Below, piece after piece: positions 47,110-62,084 of a stretch of DNA of 64,000 bases (position 1 is its first letter; every line of letters starts with the position of its first letter). The stretch lies in assembly GCA_053919585.1 (NCBI GenBank), contig CM132793.1. One strand, 5' to 3'. Made by a program: the position numbers and the translations under genes. The notes below the pieces were generated by a model. The model made no database searches. It worked only from the letters and a program-made list of their open reading frames with translations, and was not told the DNA's origin. Origin of the DNA: Euprymna scolopes (Eukaryota).

Positions 47110-49900
47110 TTTTTTAATTATGTCACCAATTGTCAAGGCTGGGAGGTCACTCAATGGATTAAGTGTTCGCTAGATGGCTAGACAGCAGTTGTGGCGGAAC
47201 TTGGATAGGGCTAGATTATCTAAAAGGACAGCTCAATAGGAATTTATTCGCATTAGATTTAAAGATGACCATGTTATATTCAGCTGGGAAGCAAATTCGT
47301 TGTATCACGTTCATCAGTTATAGGAAAGAAATTCTGCTCATGGAATTTTAATTTAGTTTATGAACAGATAGATAGTGATCAACGCTGTTAGCAGTTGTTG
47401 TAGCTTGGTGAGTATTTGTTGCAAACGTTTTAGAAGTAGGAACCATAAATTGGAGCTCAATTTAGCACCTATAGCAATAACAGATTCACAATGTCTCTTC
47501 TGTGAGAAAGAGGGAGTAGGGAGATAAAAATGTTATCAGTGACTAAATTTCAAAGGCAGTTTTGGACCCTGTCAACTCTTAGGAGCTCTACCCCAGATGT
47601 AGCAACAGTATTTCCTCTTAGGACATATTTAACTCTTATACAGGTAGAGAATTGTGTCGGGTGTGAGATAGTTTCTGGAGTGGTAGAACAATCACATCAT
47701 ATTTCCATTGGTTTTGGTAAGGGATCCGACATAGGTCTTCCATTTCAGGTCAGGGATAAAGGTCAGTCCTAGAATATTTTCAAATCATGGTGCTTCTTCA
47801 AGATAGGAGCCGTTCATGTCAATTGGAGTCAAATGGGGATTTGAGTGTTAGTGGTGAAAATATAGAAGTTTGGTTTGGGATGCATTGAAGGTGATTAGCC
47901 ATTTTTTATCTCATTTTACCACATGCCAAGGTTGGGGGAGAGAGAATCAGAAAGATACTGTCGGACTATTGAAGTGTTGCCATAGATAGTAGTATCATCT
48001 GCTTAAATGTCGATGAATGAAAAAATAATGTGGTTTGGGAGGTCATTTAGGAAGAGAATTGGATCCAGGATGGATCACTGAGGCACATCAGAGTTAATAC
48101 TGTGAGCTTCACATTTCTGCCCATCACCGACATCTTTAATAGACTTTTCAGGAAGGATTTTGTGATTGAGAGGATATTTCCAACTATTCTGTAGCTGGAA
48201 ATATTATGTAATAGATCTTTGTGCCAAACCTTATCAAATGCTATAGATATGTCAAGGCCACCCCTAATAGATTCACTGATCCTATGTGATATTATCATCA
48301 TCACTTTTGTTGTTGATCTCTCAGAACAGAAATCATATTGCATGTTGCTGTATATGTTGTTTTTACTGAGGTGGTTGACAACTTCTCTATTTATCATGGA
48401 CTCCAGCAATTTATCCATGATGCACAGGAGGCTGATTGGTTTGTTTTGAGATGCAGAAGACCGATACCCCATATTTTGTAATACTGGGTAGACTGTTGAG
48501 GTTTGTCAAGGTGTTTGGAAGCATCTTTCCTTAAGGCAACGTTTGAATAACTTAGTACTGAAGCTACTTCTGGTTGCAACTTTTAGCCCAATGAATGGAA
48601 TGCTGCCAGAGCGAGTTGCTTTGCTGGAATCAAAGTTCTTGATAAGTCTGGAAACATCTCAAACAGATATATGGATGTGACTCAGAGTATTGTCAGTCCT
48701 GAGTGGAAATTCAGAGAATAGGCAACCATTATCACACAGAGTAGAGTTTGATGCAAGGTAAAGAGTTTGGCTTTATCAGATGTTGAAGTAATCATCTCAG
48801 GTCCGTTTATGATGGTTGGGAGGGATGTGGCATATCTGTTCAAGACATTGTTATGTGCCAAAACTTGTGGGAATCTAACCTATGCTCAGCTACTTTAGGC
48901 CTAACAATTGGGTCAAAAGACATATTTTCAATAAACTTTTTGCAGTGATTGCTAGCAGTCTTATAGGTGGCTTTAGTTTCTGAACATCTGTTTCGTTTAA
49001 AGCAATTAAAATAGTGATTTCTATGAGCAATTGCAGCAGCACTTTCAGGAGTGTACCATGGTTGGTTATTTGGTTTAAGTTGAAATATTTTAGAGGGTAG
49101 ATAGCTGTCTATGTCAATAGTTAGCCAATCTGTCTAGTCAGGTGCTATAGAGGATCCATCCGTTTTTGACATGAAGTATAGGTATATGAACGTACAGAAA
49201 CTGTCCCAGTCAGCCATCAAGTAGCAATACACAGTGCAGTGGAGAGAGACATCCGAGGACTTGTTACTCATTGTTTTAATCAGAGTGATGGGCAATTGGG
49301 ATGTGGTTAATTTGTTTCATGATACTTTCAAAGAGAAAAAATTATCATTATGGGAACGGTATAGAGCAAATAAGACAGCCGTGTTGTGAGTAAGTACTGC
49401 TCAAAAGCACATGTAGAGTAGTTTGGGATTTTCTTTGGAAATTTTCTTGAAGCCATCCCTAATGAAGCCACATATTCCATGTTTGTGGTTGTCAGGAGTG
49501 TCATGAAGTTAAGTTAGAAAAACCTTTCATCAAGAAATCGTCTAAGGAAACAGTAGAGTCAATGTCAGTTTTGCAAAACAATAACAGGTCAGTTTTGGTT
49601 TCCTGTAATTGTATTTCAAAGTATGGAAGGTTGGAATGTAAACCTCTGATGTTGGAGAAGAAGACCAGATAGTGGAAGTCTATGTTGGAAGTTGGGATCA
49701 ACAGAATTGTTTAAAGAAAAGCATGGATAGAAATAAAAAGGAAGAGAAATAAACATTTTTTGTAGACTAATGATGAGGGCAAAGCTGAAATAGTTTCCAT
49801 TAATATGGCATCGACATGTTCCACCAAAAACTACTGCATGATTCAGACTATTCACCAAATGGCAATAGAACAGCCCCAGTACTTTGCACTTATTGACAGA
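47110..49900 (-). pseudogene. Degenerate near-full-length CR1/L2-type LINE (APE endonuclease + RT)
   Basis: FSNIRGLHSN..DLLLFC (APE); PISLLCIMDKLLE, LDISIAFDKVWH, GS.LDPILFLND..ADDTT (RT); many stops; family 3' UTR near 47130. Confidence 0.9.
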
Positions 49901-51609
49901 ACAGCTTCGATGGGAGTTTCACAAAGGTTTAGGTTCCTGGCTATCAGGTGGATAATGTCAGCCCAGTTTAAAACGTTTACCTCCAGCATCCTTATTAGTA
50001 GGATTTAAGGCCGAAGGAAAGAATAACTTAGACGGTCTCCTCCGGTTACTGCTAATACAAAATTGCCAACTAGAGGGACAGCATTTTCTCCCCTCCTAAC
50101 CCTTTGTCAGAAACATTGCTCATGGGATATGAGAACTGAGAGCCAAAATAGGGGGGAGCGAGAGTTACATGGCTGCTGAAAAAGCATCCACAAATGCTAT
50201 TAGCCATTAGACTTATTTTTGGGCAGAAAAAAAGCAAAGTATTATAGTTAGTATAATTTTTTCAATGATATTTTGTAGTAAATTGAAGATAATTTTGCCT
50301 CGCATCTTAATACAATTTCTTAGGACAAAATTCAGAATATTTATTCAAAATATGTCTGCTTGCTCTATCGTCATCAAAGATTCTTGTTGTTGGGTGGCGA
50401 TTTGTCTGCTCTGTACGTTTGCTTGTATGCATACCTTCCCTTTATCATGTTAACCAGTAACTTATTATTTTATTTATATATACAGATATCAGCAAAATAG
50501 TAAGTTTCAAAGAAAAGCATAGATGTAATTGTTGTAGTTTTTAAAAGATGTTGAAACGATCATAACACATTACACTTCTCAGAGATCAGAATTTCGAAGT
50601 CAGAGATGTTAAAAGGTTCAACAATAAGAAGCATGGAATGTGTAAGCTGAGTGTAAAAAAAACAGACGATAATTCTCAAGACCGACATTTTTCTCTGGTA
50701 GTCATTCTATGAGAAAATAGATGTGGTTTGAAATCTTATATTGCTCCAAACCAGTTCAAACTGGTTCAGGAGGATTTACAGTATAACCCTTCCTAATTAC
50801 TCCCAATTTCCTCTCAAACGTTTTTCCTTATTTTTTTTCTTTTTTAATAAGTTAACATTGGTTAGCTGCAAAACTTTCAGAAAGAAATTGGAAGAATTTA
50901 TTATTTTCCGAGTTTTCAGTGCGTGTTGTAAAATTCATGTCCATAGTAAAATCAATCCCAAAATGAAACTGACCCTAACGTTTTGGAGTTTAAAAATGTA
51001 TTTTATTAGCGGGCAGTTTTTGACATCGAGTCTACAAGGGTATAAAACTTGAAAATGTGACCAATATTGTGTGGATTTGTACCTCTCCCAACACTATAAG
51101 AATATTGTAAATGACCACAGTAGATCTGCTAGAAATTGAATTATAATGGATTCTATTTACCGAGAGGTTATGCATTGGGTCAGCCACACATGCTGATTTT
51201 ACAAACAAGGGAAGAAACAGAAATTCATAGTGTGTCGGTATGAGTGGAAGAAAACGAGAACTTGTTTTGAAAATTAAAAAAAATAATTATCTAACCAGTG
51301 TTGTGAAATGTGTAATCTTTAAACAGGAAAGCGTTAATGTTTCTAATTGGTTCTGCAGTTAAATGGATGCAATCAAGTCAAAATAGTTTCATGCCAGGTG
51401 ATGTGAATATTTCATCTTTTTTTCTTTTTTCTTTACATACGTGTGCATTTAAAACTTATAAAACAGAAAAAAGTATGCAAAGAATCTAGAACTATCTTCT
51501 GAACTTAAAAACTACAACATATATACTTATAGTATGCAAAAAGTGTATGTACGCATTAATGAATGAATTCACACACACACACACGCACACATATATATAT
51601 ATATATAAA

Positions 51610-52557
51610 CTAGCAGTTCAGACTGGTTTTGCTAAGGCTCTATGTACTGTGCATATGCCCTATGTGCGAATACCTTTTATGTAAAATTTCAAATATTTAG
51701 ACTAAAAATAATTACCTCTGCGGTATCTACCAAATTACTCAGAAGTAATTTGGTAGAGATCGCAGAGGCAATTTTTTAAAAAATTTGACAACGATTTTGA
51801 CCCATTAACATTTATTGTTTTGGTCTTTAATCAAAATGAAAAGTTTGACCCATGTCCAAATTACCTACATCGAAAATTTTAAGTGTTCAGACCCAAATTG
51901 GCAGAGGAGTTTGGTAAAATCTGCGAGAATCAACTCTTTCAACTTTGGGAGCGAAATTTTCGCCCTAAAACTGATTAAAATTCTTGCCCCATGTCTGAAT
52001 ACCCGTTATGTAAATTTTCAAATGTTTAGACCAAAAATTGGCTGAGTACTTTACTAGAGACCGCAAAGGCCAAATCATTTGAATTTTCACCTCTTGGTAG
52101 CTAAAATTTTCGAGCCAAACCGATCAGAAACCTTGACACATCTCTGAATACTCTGTATGTAAAATTTCAAATGTTTAGACCAGAAATTGGCTGAGTAATT
52201 TGGTAGAGGTCGCAGAGGTCAATTTTTTTTCTTTTTGACCTCAACTTTGGCCCCTTAACATTGATTGTTTTGCGCTCAAATCAAATAAAAATGTTTGATC
52301 TATGTCCAAATAACCTCATTTAAAATTGTAAGTGTTTAGACCCCAAATTGGTGGTGGAGTTTGGTACGGTTTTCAAAGGTCAAATCGTTGAACGTTAATC
52401 CTTTGACAGCCAAATTTCTGACCAAAAACTGATTAAAAAGATTTTCCCAAATCTCAATACCCTTTATGCCAAATCTCAAGTTTTAGGCCGAAAATTGACA
52501 GAGTAGTTTGGTAGGGAGATGTGCACACACATACACACACAGTCAGACAATTTCACT

Positions 52558-52570
<13 letters not shown>
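51610..52570 (-). mobile_element. Non-autonomous Helitron with internal subrepeats
   Basis: CTAG at 51610-51613; reverse homolog of 17201-17700; recurring AAATTTCAAATGTTTAGACC units; local hairpin 51710-51773. Confidence 0.75.
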
Positions 52571-52610
<40 letters not shown>

Positions 52611-52613
<3 letters not shown>

Positions 52614-53290
52614 TGATGCGAGAGTTCTAATATTTTTCCCGATTCCAAACTAAGTTCCTGATTCCGATACAATTACAGATTTTGATTCTTTATAAATCTC
52701 TAAATATTTAACTATAAAGTCTTTATTTTCCCGATTACCATAAAAGCACAGATTAAATTTGCATAGATTTTCTCAAATATAAAAACACACTTTTAGTTTT
52801 ACTGGTAGTTTTAAATCAAATAATGTTTGATTTTATTATTACTACTAGCAGTTGAAGGTTTTGTTTTAAACTGTTGTGGTTGCAAGGTTGAACAATAATT
52901 AGTAAGGAAATACAATGAAGACGCAAACAACAAGATAACGCAATAATAAGTGTATTAAAGAAAAGGTATATTTACAATATGTACAAATGACGGTGTCGAG
53001 TCAGAGAGTCTTGGTGGGAGGACATGTACGCTCTTCGGCGTCACTTCCGGTGGCATTTGAGTAAGACACACCAAGGCCAACCTAGGCTTGCCATTTATAG
53101 TTTTATGTTATTCGCATATGCAAATAAGTGGTTGCTACCACAACATAAACAAAGTAAAAAAAAAAAAATAATAATTAAAGGAATTGTTTTGGGCATCGGG
53201 AAAAAAAGCAGAAATTTTTCCAATTCTTATATCGATTCCAACACCTCCAAAAGTTCTGATTTTCCAGTTCTGATTAATCGTCGCAACACT

Positions 53291-53291
<1 letters not shown>
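52611..53291 (+). mobile_element. hAT-like MITE within (TA)n
   Basis: TAATGATGCGA ... TCGCAACACTA termini; 8-bp flanks ATATATAT and ACATATAT. Confidence 0.6.
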
Positions 53292-53343
<52 letters not shown>

Positions 53344-54000
53344 GGTTTATATGTTCACATATTTGTATGTATTACCTTTTAATCAGAGTGGGTAGCATAG
53401 TATCGGTTCTGCTATAAAATAAAAACGTCTTTCCATAAATCAACATTTTTTTTTTTTTTTTTTTTAGTCAGTGAAAATATTTCATTGCTAATTTGTTTAA
53501 TCAAAGAAGAATCACAATAATTTCATTTAGTTTAAACATTCAAGGGACCATCTTTCTACAAAGTACTTTTTTCTTTTTTTAGGCGAATATAGTGTAGAAT
53601 CTTTTCTGCTGCTATGATACCATATTTGCAGTAATTACCTTCTTCTTTTATACATTCTTTCCAGGTATTATTTTTTCTTTGGTGGGACAGTATGGTGTAT
53701 GTTCGTTTCTCATGATACCATATATCCAGGATTACCTTCTCATTTTTTTTTGACAGAATGTGTGATATCTATTATTTTTGTGATATCATCCTCCAAGGCT
53801 TGAATGCATCCTTTTTTTTTAAGGGGGAGTTTAGTGTCCGCTTGTCATGATATAATATTCTTACTTCTTTTCAGGGTCAATGTAGTTTGTTCAGCATAAT
53901 AAATTTCCAGCCGAACAAAAATGTGACCCGAGAGAGCCTTTATTTGCTAGGTGTTTCTGCAAAGACCTAACAGTTTATTTGGAAACAATTACATACTAAA

Positions 54001-54300
54001 TTATTTTTCGATGTAACCACTACCACCACCACCACCAGATATGACCATCTCAAATGAGTCATATGCTTTGACGACCATTTCTTTATCTATAGTAGTGAAT
54101 GCCTCACCAGTGGCAGTCTTCAGAGAGGCTGGTGGCCACAAGTTTGACGACCAGTTGTGAGGAACTTTATTGAGCAGCCACAATTGTGTTGTCTGGGCTT
54201 TGTGTGTATGAGCAAAGTCTTGCAGGAAGACGTAGGGGTGTCCAGTGGTGATTTTGTCCATCACTTTGTTGATCTAATGGAACCCAATCTATCAATGAGA
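54001..54300 (-). pseudogene. Tc1/mariner superfamily (DD37D/maT-like) transposase remnant
   Basis: YVFLQDFAHTHKAQTTQLWL..WSSNLWPPAS resembles FQQD.APAH....TQ.WL..WPP.SPD. Confidence 0.75.
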
Positions 54301-54305
54301 TTACA

Positions 54306-54355
<50 letters not shown>

Positions 54356-56214
54356 TTCTGTAATGTACTGATGTGGCACTCGCCCTAAGTGAATTGAACT
54401 GGCTTCCTCAAAAGGAAAGAGTTTCATGGAAGTATGCAATTCACAAGCGATTCTCAGTCGCATGTATATCCCCATCAGGGAAAATGATGACATTAGGTTT
54501 TTGCAGCCCTTGTAGGGAGGTGTGAACGTCCTCACACATACATCAACTGGTATTCCCAAAAAGGTCATCTGTCTAGTACTGACCAGACTCAATTTTGCTT
54601 TTATATATTTGTAAAGTATGAAAAAGACACCTACCATTTTCTTAAATTTTAATATTAATACAAATTATAATCATATGCAATAAACTATCCGTAGATTTTT
54701 GTACAAACTGATATTTGCAAATTATAATACTTGGTGCAAAACACAATTTGTCATTGATGTTTGCATCTGCTCAATTCTGAAGACAACGTTGCCAAAAGTA
54801 ATCTGATTAGTCACACTATACAAAGCAGACCGTTGGGAATCGACTTAATTGTTCTGATTTTCTGTCATAGATTAATGTGTAAATCTCTTCCAACGCCGGT
54901 TGTAATTAGCGGATATTGTTGCAACTATCTCTCTTGAAACTTTTGAGTTATTAGCTATCAAACAGCCAGGCACCAATTATTCTTTGTCGTTTTAATTGAA
55001 GGACTAGCATAGAAGATGATTTTACATATTTGCAAGGAATTCTTGTAATAAGACAAAGCAATGTCTGCAAATTTTATCATATATTTATTTCACTTTAGTT
55101 TTTCTATTCGCTGCAACAAATAGCAGGCATAATAAACATCCCTGCCACTTTCTTTTTCTATTTGTTGAATTTCTTAGCATTTTATTTCTTTAGTTTCTTC
55201 TATCATGTAAGTCATTGTTATCAAATATTATATCCAGATAAGATGGAATACTATTCAATCATCGATGTAATATTTGATTATAAGTTTATATTCTTTCATT
55301 CTTTTTTTTTTTTCATTTTTCTTCCAGAGTCAATAAAATGTTTTTTTTTCCATTAAAGAATTTAAAAAAAAATATTTTTTGTTTCATTCAATCATCAGTG
55401 CAACATTTATAGATTCGCTGCTTCAAAATCTTTTTTATTGATCATTCCTCAATTTCGTTTTCTCTTTTTTACTCGGTGATGACGAGGAGGATTATTTCGT
55501 GCACATAAGCGATATATTATAGTTTCGAAAGTTTACTCTCTTATGTCATTTAGGCTTATTTAATTTGCAGTTTTTTCTTGATTTAAAATTTCATCTTTGT
55601 TTTCGTTAAAACCAGAAATAAGAATTTAAATTAAGAGAGTGATTTCACTTTTGATGTGATGCTTGGCATTTTGTTTGCAACTATATTTATATGATTAACT
55701 TTTGCCTGGCATTTTGTTTGCAAGTATATTTATATGATTGACTTTGGTTTAAAGTTTAAGAGGTTCTCTTGCATCTCTTCAGTTTTAAATTTCTGCTTCG
55801 TCACGAAATGTATAAATTTAATGTATCTTATTTGGGATGCACTCCTATTTACTTAGCCCCGAAGAGGATAGAGTTAGATACAAAGTTGTATTGTGAGAAA
55901 ATTTTCAGAAAAGAGGCATTCTGGATTAGGATAAATAATAAAAATTGCCTAAGTCTATAAGGATTTCTCTTTTACTGACAGAACAGTAAAAATGAAACGT
56001 ACTGTCAGAACAGATACTACACTTTTCCACTATCCATAAAAGGCCAAGGAGTATTTGAAATGCATCTGAACATCTCTATACAAAGATTTGTCCCTTGGTC
56101 CGTTTGTCATGCTTAAGTTTGAAATAAAGTTTTCCTTTGAAATATCACAACTAAGTTTAAAATTGCATTTTTGTCATCCCGCCATACTTAAAATTGAACT
56201 TTTTTGTTTTACTA

Positions 56215-56340
56215 AGGTGTCACTATTTATCAAGGCTGAAAGGCCACTCGAGGATAAGGGTTAAATGAGTGTCAGTTGGACGGTGAGAAAATAAGCAGCC
56301 CTGCGGCACCGTGTTCCAAAGACAGGCAATTTTAGGAAAG
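56215..56340 (-). mobile_element. LINE 3' end fragment
   Basis: TATCAAGGCTGAAAGGCCACTCGAGGATAAGGG. Confidence 0.6.
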
Positions 56341-56445
56341 AAACTTTGGTTGTGGAAGTTTCGTTTAGTTTTAGGTAGAAAGGGAAAGAGAGAGAGAAAG
56401 AAAAATAGAAACTAGTGACAGTGGTTGTAGGTAGATGGGTTTTTA

Positions 56446-56900
56446 TCTCCTATATAATATTTTGATTGCAGAAATTGTCCTCTGGACCAAAATACCGTAG
56501 GTTTGCCACACCAGATGCCACATACAAATTTACTATGCCCAGACTATTAGTCACTATCTTATGTAACTTTAGAACGCCATTATAGACACATTTAGTCGTT
56601 ATAATAAAATCTTACATTCCATCCTAGGAGCAACATCATCACAATCACAACCACCTTCAGAGGAAGTAGTTCCTATTTTTCCCTCTAAATAACAAATCCT
56701 CCTATCGCCCCCACTCATCACTGGGAAGAATTCTGCACTTTCGACAGATCTGGGGTTGCACCCTTATTAACTGGGTCCTATACTCATAGACATAACATGA
56801 TCTTTCCATTTCCAAATTAAAAAATAATAAATTCTTCCTTCTCACATTCTATCAAATCTCATTGACTGACAGCTGGAAATTCGTTTATTCCAAAATCTAA
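56446..56900 (+). mobile_element. Helitron-like family copy, 5' part
   Basis: A|TCTCCTATATA start; CCAAAATACCGTAGGTTTGC..AGATGCCACAT shared with ~36550-36585 (minus). Confidence 0.65.
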
Positions 56901-57581
56901 ATCTTATTGCAAAAACGAACGCTCCAGAAATTTCCCTGGCGTCACTCTCTACATGAGGAAATTGTTCTTATACATTTATGCTACCATGCTAAATTCTTCG
57001 TGTTTACATAAATCATGCATTTTGTTATTAAATACTGTTTTTCGACACATCAACACATGATGATAAGCAATTATTTCATTTTTTGAAACTAGATAAATCT
57101 TTCTTTTCTTTAAAGTACGTTTTACTACACTTCTTTCTTTAGTTACACTACCATACTAAATCTTTTGTATTTACATACATCGTACTTGTCATTAAATACT
57201 GGTTTGTCGACACAATTAAAAATTGGCTTAATAAAGAAGGGTTTCCCCTACATTGACTGAGGACAAATTAACCCAAGTATAGCATCAGAACAGAGACTAC
57301 ACTGTGATCTTAGCCCGAATGCCAGATCTACTTTTTCTATTTAAAAATTATTAAAACAAATTTTTAATATACTCAGTCACAGATATGTGAGCGACTACAT
57401 GAAGGTTTGCATATAAGTTTAGTATTAATTAATTACTTATTTTTCATGATTTCTCATAAGATGATTGGTCTTATTTCACTATTAGGCTGAATTCTATTTA
57501 TGCTAAGTTTCTATGTTCTGCATAATTGCGTAGAATTTAAGAGGTAAATATTTTAACACACAGAAACATTTATATATATAT

Positions 57582-58744
57582 TGTTACGACGTATCCCAAT
57601 CCTACTAGGGACGATAGAGATGGGTGACGTAACGAAATATATAAAAAAAATAAAGTTTCCCAGGTTCCTTGATAATGCGTAAAGGGAATGAGACAACCGT
57701 AAAATGAAATGTACTGGACAACGAAATCACACAAGAAATAACGAGGACAAATATCATCGAAAAATTAACAAACATTTATTTATATAAAAAAAAAAAATAA
57801 AATAAAATTCATTGCAATAAAAGAAAATTAAATATGCCTAACTAAATGAAATGGTTTAATGAATTCAAAATCTACCGAGAGAAAAATGTATTAACAGTCA
57901 ATGTTCACACAAAACAAGAAATCGTCTACTCAATTAGATACAGGGTGGAAGAGAGATGTTGGAGAAATGAAAGTTTTGATTGAAAACTCACTTAGAAACT
58001 TGGAAATGCGACCTTTCTTTCGTCGTCTTTTTTTTATATAGATTTCTTTCATGTAACTTGTTTATGTTTGATTACGCGCATGCAGGTTAATTTTCATATT
58101 TTTGTCCTTCGGACGATGTTTCATTACGCGCGTGCGTGTTAATTACTCCAAGTATTTGTTTTTCGAAGCTCATCGAAGTCCTTGATTTACAGTAACAGTT
58201 TCACTGATCTATGATTCCTTCCTTCGCTGGGTTCATTCTTTTATTCGGTCAATACTTTAACTTTGATCGCTGATCATCGGTTGACATCGTTTATATTTAC
58301 CTCCGCGACTCCCGACCACGTCGTCGCCTTTCGCTGGCTTCGCCAACCTGACCTTCGCTGATTTACATCTTATCGCTTTGAAGCGCGAGGCTCCACTGCC
58401 TGTTGACAACTGTTTTCAGGCCCCTCTCTCTATATACGATCTCTCTCTCTCTTTCTCTACACAGTTTCTCTCTATATATTACGGTTTATTTCTCTCTATC
58501 TTTCTTTTCTCTTTCCTTTTCCACTCTTCGTTCACAGTATCTCTGTCTCTTCCTTCTCCTCCTGTTCGTAGGCCTCCTCCTCCCCTTTTTTCTTCTGCTT
58601 TGTTTACAAAATGTGACTGAGCAGACGTTAATTGAATCCTTTTTGGCGCGAAAAATGATACAGCGAATAAAATATACTGAAAATATATCTCCTCTCGGCT
58701 AAAAATCAATAAAATAATTTATTATACATTTTAATAAATGTATC

Positions 58745-58747
<3 letters not shown>
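57582..58747 (-). mobile_element. Solo LTR, gypsy-like, 1166 bp
   Basis: TGTTAC..ATCACA termini; ATAT on both flanks (4-bp TSD, though within TA repeats); TATA-like and AATAAA motifs on minus; no ORF. Confidence 0.6.
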
Positions 58748-58806
<59 letters not shown>

Positions 58807-58849
58807 TGACCTGGTTGGTGTGTGTGCGAAAAGTCTCTATCAAACCCCT

Positions 58850-59257
58850 CTCTGAATATTTCGTCTACCGAGTTGAAATTTGATATGTTAGGTATTTGGA
58901 CCTGTAGCACACTTTTGATTTGGTTTTTAGCTGACAAAAATTACTGGTCAAAATTGAAAACAACACAACAGTTGACCATGGTAAGGTAAGTCGAATAAAA
59001 TTTTACACCTGCTGTTCCTTTTGCACATGCTAAAAATTAAACATTCAAAGCTCAAAGTCATTACTGCCCACATTTATCACCTGTCATATCCATCTGTTCC
59101 TAAGTCAGACGGTAATGACACCAGAAAGATAAATGACTAAGTCTGGAGTGCTAAACTTTCTGGGTTCGATGCAAGCAGATGGAACCCAAGTCATATTTTT
59201 TTTATAAGTTTTGAAATCATTAATATATATTGGATAATAATCAATAGAGAATTGACT

Positions 59258-59260
<3 letters not shown>
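58850..59260 (+). repeat. Dispersed repeat homologous to 37240-37680
   Basis: Colinear similarity by eye; GGGTTCGATGC B-box-like motif at ~59162. Confidence 0.65.
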
Positions 59261-59331
<71 letters not shown>

Positions 59332-59339
59332 CAGTTCAC

Positions 59340-59426
59340 TTTGGATATCCACTTCTTAATTTAAGCAACGTTGAAACTGGTTAATGTTAAATTGGTGACC
59401 ATTTAGTAATAGTACATATTGTTAGC
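59340..59426 (+). repeat. Highly degenerate 5S-derived fragment
   Basis: TTAAGCAACGTTGAAACTGGTTAATG..TGGTGACC. Confidence 0.4.
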
Positions 59427-59799
59427 AAACATTTCACTCAGATATCCAACTTGGTCAAAGCATTACTGGGAAGTATAATTAGTGACAGACTCGCCTCCTA
59501 TACTAGAGATAATTCAGGATATTTGTTCTGTTGAATGCTATAAATTCGGAGATAATCACAAGACTTAAGTGTCGTTTAGGCTTGACAAAGGGATAACTTC
59601 TACAATTCTTTAACTAAATAGTGTTTGGCTAGATCATCTCCATAGGGAAAATAAACGCCACTATTTATTCAGATATTATATTTGTCCCCCCTAACTTGAC
59701 TATATCATTTTAAATGAACTTCTGAAACAGATGCAATCTAAACGTGAAACAAAAAAGTGGTCAAACAACTGTGTGCATAGCGTGAGCTGTAAATAGCAG

Positions 59800-60850
59800 T
59801 GGAAAGAAAAGCAGAAAAAAGCTTGCATGGTAGCGACTAGAGTGGAGCAGACATGTCGATGTAGGAAGAGAAAAAGCATGTGTTCAACATGGTAGAATTT
59901 TGTTTAATACATGATGAACTAAGAAATTTTTTAAAACAAGATGCATCTAGTGTTCGGAAAGTGCCATGAATAAATGCCCTTTATTTCAACTAAAAAACAA
60001 GCTGAGTCGAGTTTTTTTTCTTGATTCTTTTGCAAGATTTTCATATACAACGTGTGAACGCGAGTGAAAATGTAATGACCACCTTACACTATCATAAATA
60101 TCATTGTTAATATTTCTAACTTCCAGCTTTAGTCCAAATGCCAATTCTTCAGCTTTGCCTCGAAAATCATGAATAGGTGAACTTTAATGAATTGCTACAT
60201 TGATTGATATAGAATGTATTCTGATGGAGTAACATCCGAGTTATAAACGATGTAACAGAACTTTTACAGCATCCAATTATTTAAACTTAGTGCACAATTT
60301 CTTCCCCAACCTATTCTTGACAAAACCTTGTCACATGACAAAATCAGCCGTCTATCTGCTATTGTATCTTGGGCCCAAATAAATCTAAATTCAAACGTTT
60401 TCCATCATCCTCAACTAATCTCAAATACTTTACTTTAAAAATCTTACAGCCAGATAATATTACAAATTGAATTAAATGTGTGTAAGAGAAGCGGTATTAT
60501 GACAGTTATTGGACATTAAAATCATTCAACATGACTATACTGTAAAACAATTGCCAAAGAGAAAAAAATGAAATATAATCCAATATGGCAATTTCCGTGT
60601 CCCTCTTGGGTCAAAGTAACAAAAAATATATCAGGAATCTTTGAATTCTATTCCGACATTTGCTGTACATGAACACTGCAGGCAGTCAAAGGTGAGATGA
60701 AAACTGACAAGTATGCAATAAAGATGTAAAGGATTAACATCTAGAGTCTAAGAATTTTAACTTTCCTTTATGTTGGCACATTTTAATCTGTTCACTAAGC
60801 ATTTATGCATCTGCCAGGAGATTGAAATCAAAGATAGCAAATCTGAAGTA
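59800..60850 (-). pseudogene. Possible very old gypsy pol (RT/RNase H) remnant
   Basis: Scattered minus-strand fragments in the expected order (KLPY, LNLD, SPIHD..WT, LDAS) across many frameshifts. Confidence 0.25.
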
Positions 60851-60859
60851 AGTCTGTGA

Positions 60860-61440
60860 TTTAGTATTTGTTTGTTTGGGTTTATGGCATGTTAACTCTT
60901 TAACGGTTATTTAATGCCCAGTCCAGTCATTTCGTAAAATTTTTGTCTTTAATATCGCCATGTATTTATTCTTCATAGTGTTTGCTTTCACGAGTTATTG
61001 ATAATATGGATTTATGTTTGTAAGTGGATGTAATTCTATGGCATACATAGAAGAAGTTCCTTTAGAGTTGACCCTAACAGGTGCTACAACTCCAAGCTTA
61101 AATAGATCTGAAATTAATGGTAAATAAGAAACAAATCTATGCTCTTTGAATTAGAGTCCCACCTCCGGGTATAGTTTCGTATTGACAGATACTACCACTA
61201 TGAGAGTGAATCTAGGAGTAATAGCAACTAAGTAGCGTCTCTATACTCCCTAAATCCGGGCATCACCACCGGATATACATTTATACCATAGTCAGGGCAG
61301 ATTCTACTTAATTAATAGATGGGGTTTCGACATGTACTTATGTCCCAAGTCGTAGTGGACCTGGAAGTAATGGGACCAAAAAGGCAACTTCACATTCCCT
61401 GAACCGTCTACATGGGAGTATCACCACTGGAGGTAGTATA
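60860..61440 (+). repeat. Degenerate unclassified repeat with three internal subunits
   Basis: GGACCTGGAAGTAATGG-like units near 61105, 61207 and 61357. Confidence 0.4.
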
Positions 61441-62084
61441 ATTTAAAAAGATATGAGTCAAACAAGTGTTTCATATAAGCTTCTAATACAACAATGGTGT
61501 CAGTCAGTTCATCAGACAATTTAATAGGCTGCATTCATTAAAATCCATTAAGATTTATAGATTTATATATTTGTTAGTAAAACTATGCTTTGGGAATTAA
61601 CTATGGATATAGAATATGTAAGGTTATTTAGATAAGATCTATAAGATTTGTTGTATTTATTATATCACAGTTTGAATAAATATGACTATTGATTCCTTTT
61701 TTGTATAGTCATATCTGAACCAAACTATGTTCTGCTACTAAGTTTATTTGAATTATGACAACATGATGTATTAGATAAAGCAGCGAACGGCCATCTTTAT
61801 TTAAACTGAAACTCCACAAATGCAAAGGGACATAACTGGGTATATAACACATCAGATAACTCGAGCTTCAGCAATGCTTTTCATCAATTTGATATTGAAG
61901 CTACAGTAGATATCTGACTAGTTGGTTTAATCATGAGACTTCGATTAATTTGAAGTGAGATTTCAGTTGCAGTTTAAAACATTAGTAAGGAAACAAGTAT
62001 GTAATGTTCTACTAGATATGAGCATTATTCTCGTTCATAACTTTTTCTGGATATAGTGAGAAGTAAATCTTTTCTTATTTTTTT

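Noticed and set aside
50478-50510. Possible 14-nt microexon (TACAG|ATATCAGCAAAATA|GTAAGT), also intron-like 13156-13241
   Set aside because: Splice-like motifs are frequent by chance in AT-rich DNA; no supporting frame or neighbouring exons
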